A stretch of DNA of 36,142 bases, taken from Octopus bimaculoides (taxonomy: Eukaryota). Made by a program: the position numbers and the translations under genes. This document shows positions 10,966 through 23,719 of this stretch, one piece after another. The stretch is from assembly GCF_001194135.2 (NCBI RefSeq), contig NC_068984.1:71676049-71712190 (forward strand), read 5' to 3'. The first letter of the stretch is position 1, and every line of letters begins with the position of its first letter. The notes beneath the pieces were generated by a model, which did no database searches, had not been told where the DNA came from, and saw only the letters and a list, made by a program, of their open reading frames with translations.

Positions 10966-13900
10966 TCGGGGAAGAAATATATATTTCACTATACACTCCT
11001 GCGGCTCTTCTTTCCCACAGACCAAATATTGTTTCAAGCTCACATGGGACAAGTGATCTGTCATTAGGCTATATTCCTTAAGTCATCGACTTTCTTCGTT
11101 AAGTGGTTGCTGGAGTTGTTGCTATTTTAATATACGTCTCAGCATAATTAGCCATGTCATTTCCAGTATTATTTTCCATGTAGAGAACTATCATTTAAAA
11201 ATCGACATTAAATTACCTACGTTAATCTTCAAATGTTGTCATAACTTCATCTTCCTTTACAGGTACCTAACGGAAATATCCCTAATAGATTCTATTTAAA
11301 TGTCGTTACCCACCAACAAGAGAAATACGTCGCTAAAAGTTAAATTATCTTTGTGTCTTCGGATATAAGATTAATTTAATTGCCTTGAAGGAAACTAATC
11401 GACGCAAGACTACAAAAGAAACATAGATTAGCAACAGCTCTAAATAATTGTTACTATGCCGTCCTTGAGTTAATCGACTCTGTAACATGTTAACAATCGA
11501 AAACAAACACAGTGAAATTGAAGCAGATCATGTATATTCATTAAATAAACTAGTGTAATTGATCGGTCATTATTTTAGGTTCCTGGCATTCAATCCATAA
11601 ACATGTTCAAACAAGTTTGACATCACAACGGTTCTAATGTCAGTATTTCAACAAATAATTATTTATGCTATCGCTCCAATCATTGTGACAGTGTAATTTT
11701 AGAGTGCAAACTATCTCCATGGATGCGATCCAGAAAACGTGCTAAATATATCATTTTTGAGTATGATAAACATTTTTACAACACATTGTTGCGTCGATAA
11801 CAGGGATTTTTATTGGTGCTTTAGTTATTGGGCTATATAAATTTGTTCCGCTTCAAGATTAGGTTTGTGATTTAATTGTTGCGGAGTAGTATCTAATAAA
11901 ATTCTTAAAGATAAAGTCATTTTCTGTTGCGTATATTTAACACGTTCTACGGAACGTCTCCTAATATTAATGATTGTATTTAAGATATAATAATAAAATT
12001 TACATATGTAACCCAACGTTATCTTGGTGAAGAATCGTGTCATTTATCCGATAAAGGTCATACAATATAGAGTTAAATAATATTCTAACGGATATGTGTT
12101 AATCAAACAGCGCTGTAATAAATATATTTGACATAACGTAAAAAAATATACTATTTTACCTGTGAAATAATGAATATATTGCATCCAATATTGAAATCAG
12201 CTAAAATTTACATTTATTTAATTCTGATATATTTAGCAATATGTATAACAGCTGAAGCTCGTTGAAATACAACAAACTGTGTATTACTTTTATTTAAAAA
12301 AATATCAGAATCAGAAAAGTAAGGAATTTTGCAAACAATGCGCTAAATTACAAATAATTTTTTTCTACATATACAAATAACACTAGGAATCGCATTCAAC
12401 CATAAACTGTTTTCTGCAGTTATATATGCTCTAATGAACAATATGTCAGTATACATGCTATGCTATGAGGCCAAACCTAACTTGTGCCAGGATGAAGCTC
12501 ATTTGGCTAAGAGCCAAATGTCATTCAGTAGAACACATGCCAGCAAAGAAAAATGTAGTTTATAAATAGCAGTTTACGGTCAGTAGTAGTCGTGATATTG
12601 TCTTTGCAATGTCTATACTCACATGTGCATATTGGCATGGCAGCCTTCAAACAAGATATATCTGTTATCATTTTGATAAATATTTTACTTATTTACAAGT
12701 GTGCATAATTGTGTTTGTATGTGATCATCATTGTATGCATAGTATTCGATATCAAATTATAATTCATTGACGTTTCGATAAATTTTCACGTGTATGAGTT
12801 GATGTTAAAACTTCAAATCAATGTGTTGTTTTATGGTACGGACATAATTCAGAATTTGTGAGTGCTGCTTCTTCACAAGCCGAAAAACAAAGCATATGTA
12901 CTGTCTCTTAGCCGTACCTTATAAACTGTAAAAAATGTAAGCGTATCGGAGCTCATACACAAAAATACATACACATGCAAGAGCGCACGCACAAACACAG
13001 TGCACACATGAATACATACACACACACCACTTATGAAGTATGACCGAGAGTCGTAAAAAACTTTGTTAATGGTGGATGCTCACCTGTTCTGAATTGTGTC
13101 TGAATTTGAATTATGATCGATCTTTACTCACACATACACGAACATTTTTTTACAGTCATTGATTATATTTGGTGAAGAATAATTTATATTTAATGACGGA
13201 CACATACACAATACCATTGCACAAAATTATAAGCAGGTGGAAATGCATACACGTAATTTCTTTTCGTATAATCTTCTTATTGAGAATATTATGCACAAGA
13301 TTCTGATTGTGACCACTTGAATATTTAATATGTGATCTTATCATTTAAGAGTCCATAGATACAGATAATTGCTAACAAACACGTCAATTCGAAGCCAAAA
13401 ACTGAAATTAGTTAATCAATACGAGACGCATAGATTGTTGCGTAATCAAAAATCACTGCATTTTACAAACGTATAATTGAACATACACTGTATTATGCAT
13501 CTTTATGATATGTAACTGTAACAGAATTTCGCAGATGTAATCCAATTAACAAATATATGCACATTACAAGATAGATTCATTCATATCTACTGGGCACATT
13601 AAAATCAGAATCCAAATTTTGCTTGAAGCATATATTTCAATGAAATTACTGAAGCCATAATTCCATATCATTTGTAATTAATATTAGTTGATTTCAAATA
13701 ACCAAGCGTTTTTATCTATATTTCCTGAGTACAGTTACTCATGGAGTTGTTCTCTGAACTAGGTCCTTGTATGTTATCCATTACATGATGTTTCTATTAA
13801 ACTGTGGCAGACAATATGATATCATGAAATGATATTCCTGCACTTATAAAACGTTCTACTTCATTCAGTAGATATGGTGATAACATATTTCCAATGCATG

Positions 13901-14869
13901 TTTATTTACTCATGATATTCTTGAAGTTCGAAAATTGAATGCGTAGTTTAAATTCTTTAAACAATACTATTACAGTGTTGTGTCAGTGTCTAAGCCATGC
14001 AAATGCTCGTTAATATTGTAGTTGATATGAGGGTACATATATAGCATCAATGTACAAAGCTGCAATATTTGATTGAAAATCCTGTGCATGTAGCTTACTG
14101 TAAAATAGTACATATTAAGGTACTGGTCTGGGAAATATAAAAGTTAAATCGTCATCATACTGGTTGAAGATATTAGATGAAAACCAGTAAGTTTGAATTT
14201 GGGGATAAGTCAATAATAGCGACCCTAGTACTCAACTAGTACTTATATTATGAAGCCCAAAATTTCAACGCAAAACGAAATTTCAACACAGAACACAAAT
14301 AAAGTTGAAATGCTGCTGAGGATTTTGCCCGGCGTGCTAACAATTTTGTGAGCTCGTCGCCTTATAAAACGATGGCATCATGATACTGCATTTCAATAAT
14401 GCTTGACAACATATTTCTATAAAACACCTGAATTCTTATGTGCAGTGGAGTGGGAATTATGGTCAGTCCCGCCACATAATTAGTCAGCTATTTACAAAAA
14501 AATAAAAACTATGACGCGATAGTGGTTCGTTTATGGTTAACAGATAACACAAAATCAAATCAGATAAATTAATAAGAAAATAAATAAATTTAAAAATAAA
14601 TGGAGAAAAAACCCTGGCCACTATGGGCAAGTAGGAGAGCAAAATACCATTCAAACTAGATTAAATTACATTAAATTATATTAGACAAGTAAATAAGTAA
14701 ATGAATATGTGAGTGAGTACGATAACTAAACCAATATGATTACAGGGGACATGATCTTAACAGACAGCATAAGAAAATAAATTATTGCAAACGTATAAAA
14801 ATAAAAAAATGATGATGTAAAATATATCTATCTATCAGGGGAATCAGTTATATTGTAAAACATAATATA

Positions 14870-16011
14870 GGAGCTGGACAGAGGATTCATTTTTGTCGCA
14901 CGGCGTAATAAGGAGGATTTTCTGTCAAGGAACAACAAATGGGACAGAGATATATGTGTGTGTGTATTTGTGTATATATATATATATATACATGTACACA
15001 AGGGATGAGCGGCGTACAACCGACCGCATACCTCCAATTCGAGACATTTTTGAAAGGGTGGTAGATGCTTTTCGTCAGACATACAATCCTACTGAGCCGA
15101 GAGTCAAAGGACGCTCGACAAAGCTCTAGAAGAATTTTGAGGCAGATGTGTATTTGTCCAAAACATGCCTCTAAAAACAGCTAAATATGGACTAAAGCTG
15201 TAATGCCTATGTGACGCCAGAATTTATTACATATGCAATATGGAAGTGTACGCTGGAAAACAGCCTGATGATCCGTTTCAGCTTTCTAATAGACCACATG
15301 ACATTAAGCAGCGTCTAGCTGCGCTAATCGTTGGTACAGGCCGCAACCTGACAACCGACAATTGGTATACTAGTGTACTATTGGCTGAAGATGTCTTGAA
15401 AACAAAGTAGCTTTCGTTGGAACAATAATGAACTTACTGGACATTTCACCAGAAATGATGCCAAAGAAAGATCGAGAGTTTTACAGTTTCAATTTCACAT
15501 TCCGAAAAGATATAATAATGATTTCATATGTATCTAAACCAGAAAAAGCAATTATTGTGTTGTCTACGATGCATTTTGATGTAAATATTGACGAATCGAC
15601 CGGGCACACGCAGAAACCTTCAGTAGAATGGCACTAAAGGTGATGTGGACACGGCTGAGAAAAAATGTACTGCTACATCTTGCTCCTGACGCACGAACCG
15701 ATGGTCGATTTCGTTGTTCTATTCCCTCATGGACAAAATTGGCTTGCATTCCTTTCTAATATACTTATGGAATAACGAGAATGAGGTCGCTTGGAAAAGA
15801 ACTTCTTCGGGAACAACTCGAAATACGCTTGCAAAATAGAACTAGAATATAGGAGTTGTGAAGCCTATTGAAACTAGTGCTTCTAGATTGGGAATGGATG
15901 CTCCATTACTTTCTGTACATCCTGATGGAGGTGTTCCATGAGATAGACGAAGAGTTCGATACCCATTCAGTGCTGGAAAAGATCTAAAGAGAAATATGTC
16001 TTGCCGAAAAT
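14870..16011 (+). mobile_element. piggyBac (PGBD4-like) transposase relic with stops and frameshifts
   Basis: Translates to TRDERRTTDRIPPIRDIFE; TLD(K)..F*GRCVFVQNMPLKTAKYGLK; MEVYAGKQ; GRNLTTDNWYTS; SYVSKPEKAIIVLSTMH; TKGDVDT; LGKELLREQLEIRL. The three catalytic Asp codons appear retained at 15117, 15357 and 15648. No TIRs found. Confidence 0.92.
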
Positions 16012-16240
16012 GTTCCAGGTTCAGTCCAATAGCGTGACATCTTGAGCAAGTGTTTTCTCCCTTCTGAGTGGATATGATTGACAGAAACTGAAAGAAGCAT
16101 GTTGTATATAAGAGGCTAATAAAATAAGTACCACACTTCAAAAGAAAATGAGTACTAGAATCGAGAAGTTCGAATACAAATTCTTGAAGGTGATGGCACA
16201 GCTTCACCACAGTTTAATGACAGAAACAAGAAAAGACAAA
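16012..16240 (+). mobile_element. 5'-truncated tRNA-derived SINE abutting the piggyBac 3' end
   Basis: GTTCCAGGTTCAGTCC...CTTGAGCAAGTG...GAAACTGAAAGAAGC is the inverted homologue of 70-253 and 8470-8590. It continues ATAAAATAAGTACC...TGACAGAAACAAGAAAAGA, like a SINE tail. Confidence 0.8.
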
Positions 16241-19200
16241 ACATAACACATTATTCACTCGAAATTACAAATAAATTAAACACAGACAACCAAGTATTTA
16301 CAAAACGTTTCAGACGGTTTTTATTAATAATCTAAAGATTTAAATACCACATCTATAATTTATATTGTTATCATCAAATACGTTAAAATAGTATTTCATT
16401 TTACATGATGCAAAAAATATTATTGGTTTGACAATATTTACCATTCATATAAGCATTTGCAGGAATCGAATTGTGAAAGTTACGCTCACAGTTTAAATTT
16501 ATTGTGGGTAACTTAAACACTATTATCAGGAATTTAATTATATGCTTGAAAATAATTTCTTTTGTATGAAGAAATATATGAAGTTTTATTTACTAGACAG
16601 TACTCCTTCAAAGCTAAGTTCTGTTTAGATAATTTACTTTTTGTTATACATGTTATTATGTTTTCAGCAATTAGCTTGAAAATATTATTTTCATAGATAG
16701 GCATTTTTGCATTGTATATCTCTAGAATGTAAATTATTAAATAATGGAAGTATATTTACGATAATGCAGAGGCGGGATAACATTCAGACACGTTAGAGAG
16801 TATGCCACTCAAGTTCTATAGAAATTGTAAAACACTGCAATATATAAATGTATAAATAATATAGAATTAAAATGCAGACTCTTACAAATGAATTTTTAAA
16901 CACTGGAACCGCATTTCTGTTTTTTGTTTTGTTTTGTTTTTTCTGTTGAAAATAATGCTATCATTGTTGTATATTATTTGAGCAGATTTCCACGTCTTAA
17001 TACAACATGGTGTTATTTTTGACATTAAAACCTAATTTTCACTCCACATTGAAGGTATTAACCATTTCATAGCGTTCTTATTTTTCCTAGATTAATTATA
17101 TTGCTATAGCTTCAGAATTATGTCTCCATTTACAAAAGAACTAGAATGAAGCTAATGTTTTCAACGTACATTCGTGTATTTTGATCAACATATTCAGATG
17201 ATCTAGTGTTAAAAAAACTTTCATTTAGAAACAATGTTTATGTTTTGTCAGTTTCTTATCGAATTTCATTATTCTATATCAATTCAGAAGAGATCACTCA
17301 CGTGACTTACTGTGATTTGATGGAGAAACCTGTCTCCACGGTGTTCATTACAAGTATTTTGCCTTGTTACATTGTAATAGTTAAACATAAATTATGCCTT
17401 TCATTCATCCACTTTCTAGTTTCTGAATATTCATATTATTCTCTCTTTTCACTTGACTTTCAAATTTATTAAGATCAACTTGGTTACGATAATGATGATT
17501 ATGATGAAAGCAGTTACGGTAACAATGAAGGAAAGTAAAGCAAAGGGAAAAAACATGATTATGGTAGGGTGGTCCCGTAGAACATGATGTGCTGCAGCAC
17601 ACGATGACGGACTAAAACCATTCTCTTTGTAGTCGTAGTCCATTAAACACTTCGACCATGATACCATTTTTAAACAAACAATCGTAAGTGTAGTCTTGTG
17701 GTCGATTTCTGAATGAACACAGCACAATTACAAAGCGATCAAACATGCCATCTCCAGTTTGCTTACACATGTAAACAGTTCTAATTCGTTTGCCTTTGTT
17801 AATGGCTCCTAATACTGTTTTATCGAAATTCATACTATACGGCTGTTCTCTGTTTGATAATACATTATAATAAATATGACTCCAGTAGATAAAACTGGAA
17901 TAATATTTATGATAGTGTAATATACATTACACCTTAATATCAATACCGTTACTAAAAAGTGAGGTATGGTGTCCATAACATACAAAAGAATAAGTTAATC
18001 TCAGTAAGCGCTTCGTTCCTAAAGCTTGTCTCGAAAAATATTGACATGGAGCTAAAAAAAAGTATCAGAACAAAGAAATTCTAATGTAAATTAGTCACTC
18101 ACTCGTAGCCAGATCATTATGAAATTAAATTCTGCAATATATCTTCACAGAAAACCAAATTTGTAGAACACATGTGATCTGAAACGGGTTTTCTTGTGTG
18201 TTTCATAAACGTGGGCAAATGTATAAAATTTACGTCACAATATGATGGACAATGATACAAAAATACAAAAATAAATTTGATCCTGTCGATAATCTTTTTT
18301 AAAGTTATTATTGAACACGCAATAATGTAGACAATTTCACTAGGTATTACATTATTTTGCTTCAATAGATCATATAAACAAATGTCATCATCTGGTGATA
18401 CCGCTAGATGTATGTTTAGCAAAAAACTTTAAATGTCGTAAATTGAATGTGGTAACCAGTTTATTATCCTTGTTGTGGCGTTTTAGCAACTGCAATTAAT
18501 ACTTTAATTTTAGAACAAAATATTGGATATAAATAAGTTTGCTTTGTCCCCTTTCAAAAAAAATTAACTGTTGACATTTTCAGATATATCAACAACTTTT
18601 CAATGACAAATAATTGTAATACAATTTTTTGTCTCAGCGATAAATAGTTTTAAATATCAAACATATAATAAGATTATGCAATTTTGAAAACTAAAATAAT
18701 ATATTTTGTATAATTCTTCAAGGAAATGTCTCTATTTAGTAATGTATGCGTATGATTCTGTTTATAAACACACGCATATACTCAAACGTATATGAATACA
18801 TCACACCTATACACTTATAGACGCATATAGATATTTAAACGTACGTCATTAGAGTGGTAGCGAATTACAAGAATGCTTACATACTTTTTTCTATTCTTTG
18901 ATTGTGTGCAAAGCACGTACGCGCACTATACTATTTTCAACACTCACTCGTACATGCTCACGCGCACGTGTGTGTACACACAGGCGATAAACATAACTGA
19001 TAAACGACTGGAAATGGACGTCACATATGATATTATGAACACTCATAGCACAGAAACTTTACACCAAGAAGAAATATGCCCCAGTGACGAACCACCTCAA
19101 CATACAAGCTCAAGAACACCATGCCTCGAACAAAAACAAATAATGCAAAATAAAGAAAAAATTAATCACAATAAAATTGCCTAAAAGACTAATCTAAGGG

Positions 19201-19355
19201 AGATAAACGTCCAAAACAAGCCGATCAAGAGTAACGTTCCTTGACTCATTAATTTATTGCTTTATTTACGCAAATTCACGAGAAATCCCGTGAACGAAGC
19301 GGGATTGTTTTCCCAAATACTTCTCTCTATGTGATCAATCTTTTCATCGTTCGAC

Positions 19356-19363
19356 GTGTGTGT

Positions 19364-19407
<44 letters not shown>
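19356..19407. repeat. (TG)n microsatellite
   Basis: Read directly from the sequence. Confidence 0.97.
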
Positions 19408-19410
<3 letters not shown>

Positions 19411-20513
19411 GGCTATTGTAAGAAATTTACAAAAATCCACCATTTTCGGAATTTAGTGGGCTTCCTGGAATAAATGCGCATGATTGATCTCAACAAAAAT
19501 TTTGCATTTTCTAGTAATCAAATACAGTGACATTGTAGCTCTCATGCATTTTCAATTCCGACAGGCTTTTGTTTTTTTACTTTCACACCACCCTACTGTG
19601 CAAGGTACCATTAAGTAGTGCGGTGACAGCGAGAGTTTCATGTTCCTGCTCAGAAATGTGTGTGAATGACAAGATGTTCTGAACCTTCGAACTGCAATGT
19701 TTGTGTGTAATTGCATATCGCTTTTGAATGCTTCAGTGACATAAAAAGATAAACGCATACACGGATACATAAAAAAAAATTCTTACATACATCATTCAAC
19801 TACAGTATTACTTGAATAATATTCTTAAGGCCGCAATTTATTCATACGCAGCATCTTTCAGACCTTGTCTCTAATTCAGTACTTAACCAAATTGAACAAT
19901 GTTAACATTTCTGGAAGAGGACTGGTCCCCAGCTACATTTTGGCACACAAAAAAATTTGAGATTGGTTCCAGTAGATAAAAGTTTACTTCAAAATTTGTA
20001 GCAACGTTATAGGAGAGTAAGTTACGCCATCAATTAAGGTTAGATCTAACTAACTTTTTTTTTATTATAAAAGCAAAATATATGTATCTTAGCTTCAATA
20101 ACAGAAGAAGGCATGAAGTATTTCATAGTTCTGATCCCATGCAACAAAAATTTGTATCAAAATTTTGTGAGGTAAAATATCATGGAAAGATATGAGACAA
20201 AAAATTGGATTTAAGTATAATTAACTTTTTTATTTTAAAAACAAGCTATATTTTAATCAAGCGGAAATGATAGAGCTCAATTATTCGAGGAATTTCATGG
20301 TATCAATCGTATGCAATGAAGTTTAAATAGGAAAAAGTTATGAATGTTTGTTTCTCAAATTTGAGGGTGATAATTTAATTCTATACATTTTTATAAATAT
20401 AGTTCTATAAGGGTACATTTAATATATATTACGAGCATCATTGAGGTAAGGAAAAAAATTATCAACGACAACACCAATTGACACATTTGACACATTATTC
20501 GTTATCCTAAATG

Positions 20514-21364
20514 CGAGCAAGAGAAATAATATTCTTAAGATTATAAACCTGGAAGAGTACAGGACAAGTTATTACACTTGGAAAATTTCGGGATAAGTTA
20601 TAATATCTAGCAAAGTTCAGAACAAGAAAATTTCTACTTAAAATATTGCAGGTAAGGATAAACTCTGAATATTAAAAGTATCTGACTTTCATTTAGAAAG
20701 TAACTATAATTAAAAAAAGGTACCATCATTTTGTTAAAATATTGACACACTAGAATACTTAAAAATGAGAGTCAAATGTACCAATATAGCCATAGATTTA
20801 TGCAAAATAGAATAGTATATATGTTAGGCAAATTCATTTTATGAAAATTAGGCATTGGGTCAACACTAAAAATATAAAAGTCCATAACTTAGTCAATAAC
20901 ACAAACACATGTTACTGTGAATTTTTATAGGTAGATTGTACTTTAAGATTTAGCTAATTTTTGTATGATTCTATTTATTGTACTTACTAATTATGTACTC
21001 CTACTATTTTTATAGCATATTTAAAAATTTCTAATTACTAATTAATAATTAAAAGAATGAATACTTTTAAAGTGCACAATATATTTTTACTCAGTTATTT
21101 TTTTTATTTTTCATAGAAGTAGCGAGTAATAACAAATAGAAATAAGAACTTGTAATAAAATGTTTAGTCTTAATAAAATCTAATATTTTCTAAATCTATA
21201 TATTTATTTGAAATGTTGTGCATAGCTGAAATATTTTAAGTAAAAAGTTTCTTGTTCTGAACTTTGCTAGATATTATAACTTGCCTTGAAATCTTCCAAG
21301 TGTAATAACTTGTTCTGTACTTTTCCAGGTTTATAATTTTAAGAATATCATTTTCTTTTGCTCG
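20514..21364. mobile_element. Non-autonomous DNA element (MITE/foldback-like) with ~140-bp TIRs
   Basis: 20514-20654 vs the reverse complement of 21223-21364 shows about 15 differences in ~142 bp by hand alignment. Termini are CGAGC...GCTCG, flanked by TG (left) and TA (right). The interior is AT-rich with no listed ORF. Confidence 0.85.
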
Positions 21365-21386
21365 TATTTTACTATGTAATTAATAT

Positions 21387-21512
21387 ATGTGTGTGAGAGT
21401 GAGTGCGTGGGCATGTGTGTGCGTGTGTTTGTGTTTATGCGTCTGTGTGTATGTGCGTGCGTGTTTACACTGATGATATGGTATGTGCGTGCGTGAGATA
21501 CACTGATGATAT
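21387..21512. repeat. TG-rich tract ending in a ~32-bp tandem duplication
   Basis: GTATGTGCGTGCGTG..TACACTGATGATAT occurs at 21449 and 21481. Confidence 0.85.
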
Positions 21513-22235
21513 TTCTACTCCACTAAACCGAAAATGTATTCAATAGGTCCTATGAAACCTTAATAACATTAATTATTAGTTAATGTGGTATGTATACTGA
21601 GTGAAATGTTATGGGGTTGATCACTCCGAAATGCCTATGAAAATAATATTTAATGTTCAAGTTTTAAATGGTTATAGATCTTAGGAGATTATTGTAGTTC
21701 CGTAGTAAGTGAAGTTAGCAAAAAACCAACTAGATATATATTAGTTTAGTTTACAAGTAAGCAATTGAACGCCATAAGTCGTTTGTGGTTAAGCAAAACT
21801 TGAATGCGAATGCTTTTGTGAAATTCAACAAATGAGCATTCTCATTTCAAATGCAATAACTTCAGACATTTGTTTGAATTATAATGGTTTGAATGTATAA
21901 AAAACGAAAAAGCTCAATCTAAACAATTTTGTGTGACAATTTGGCAAAGAAAATTAATGAATGTCATTCTCCTTGATATTTTCAGCTACGAACTCGTGTA
22001 ATGAGAAGTGTTGTATCTTAAAACAAAATGAAGAAAATTAAGGAACTAATATATCTGAGAATATTAACTACCTCAACAAAAACGCATCATTAAATATTTC
22101 GAGCACACATATATATCAAGGTTTGCTTTACACGTATGTTTTTCAATAAACTTTTCGGACTGTGTGATAATTATATCTTTATTAAATGCAATATTTAACA
22201 TATATTTTTCCTTCACTAAATCTCCACCACTTAAC

Positions 22236-22278
22236 AGTAGTAGTAGTAGTAGTAGTAGTAGTAGCAGTAGTAGTAGTA

Positions 22279-22307
<29 letters not shown>
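22236..22307. repeat. Compound (AGT)n(AT)n microsatellite
   Basis: Read directly from the sequence. Confidence 0.97.
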
Positions 22308-22312
<5 letters not shown>

Positions 22313-23719
22313 TATAGTATTAGTTGCATATTCAGTAAACTAATCATATATATTTTGGGGCGATATTAATAGTTTTACTACCATGCTCTATTGCAGTGAT
22401 ATTTCATTAAAACTTGAAGAAATATCTTCCATCGGTTAGGGATGATAAATCGTAACACATTTAAGCAGGGCTTACGTTACGGAAATAAAATGGATAAAAA
22501 TGAAATTAAGTTTAGTAGGAGCAGAAAATCGCACACATGCAAATTCAAAATATACCATTCAATTAGCTGATCTATTCAATAATATTTATTGCTTTTAACT
22601 CTGGCAACCTTTAATTAGCTGATTATTGAGTTTCTACAACATTTATATTAATGATAACTCTACCATACCTAACTAAGGTAATATAAACGGAATAATCATA
22701 ACAATGAAACATATTTTCAAGCAAATATTCTGCCATTTGTACCACAAAAAACGTCAACTGTCCCTTAAAGTTAAATATCATGCTTTAAAACGCTCATTGT
22801 TTTAGGAAAATTGAATAAAATACAATATAAAATTTTCATATCAATGTGATCCAAATCAAAGTGCTGTGAGATTCGCAAGCAGTAGTGCTTTGTCGGAGAT
22901 AATTCTTGTTGAAATACTTGACCTTACTAGTATTCAGAACTGATATGAAAATCACAGTGGAGCATACATGTAAAAATGCATCATTAATGGAATACCTGAA
23001 AGCAATACTGAACTATCTTAGGCAAGAACATTCTAGGTTTCTTTTTAATGTGTTGAGGTGTTGATGTTAAATGCTATGGTTATAAAAGCAAACAACTTGC
23101 TTCGGAGTTTTATGTTACAGACTTATTTCCAACAGCTCCCTAAAGTGACAATGATTGTTATGTTGATGAAAATCAAGTAGCACAGAAGCTCTTGCAATGA
23201 AAGTTTACATTTTACTCAAATTTCATGTCAAACTCTGCTGCTGTCCACATATATATACATTAGCAATGCATTTCGCTTAATTACATTTGCCACATTTTCT
23301 CTTTTTTTTATATTATTAATTTCCTTCTCTCTTTATTTACTATGGGTATTTCCATCTTTACTTAGCAAATGTTACGAAGCTTTTAGTGGTATAGTGGTTC
23401 GTTTTCGATTTATTAGTCATGAGATCTAATATACATTGAACCGGATAACCAATTTTACTCTATTTGTTCCAGCTTAATCTTTGGTGAAAATGTAAAAACA
23501 TAAATAGATGATTGCATGTTTATTTCTTATCATCATCTCGATATAGGTTTAAACAATTGCAATACTTACATTTCATAATTTGACTGAGACGTATTTCAGG
23601 TATCCAACGCATTTAACAATATAAAATTAAAATTATAGTTGTTACAAAGCTTGTAACATATAGAAAATTGCAAAGACGTATTGCCGGTCTAAGCTAACAT
23701 CACTTCTTTTCAATATTTG

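Noticed and set aside
10732-11064. 110-aa ORF
   Set aside because: Runs through a SINE; no coding signal.
12420-12565. IYALMNNMSVYM resembling SLC35A transporter loops, and the hairpin CATTTGGCT-AAG-AGCCAAATG
   Set aside because: Similarity collapses after 12 residues, there is no donor, and a single 9-bp stem is expected by chance.
15842-16210. 122-aa minus-strand ORF
   Set aside because: Antisense to the piggyBac tail and SINE; chance open frame.
17475-17540. Plus-strand DQLGYDNDDYDESSYGNNEGK peptide
   Set aside because: Explained by a degenerate (GAT)n tract and ends in a stop.
18873-19184. 103-aa plus-strand ORF
   Set aside because: N-terminal third is CA-rich low-complexity sequence, with no recognisable motif or supporting exons.
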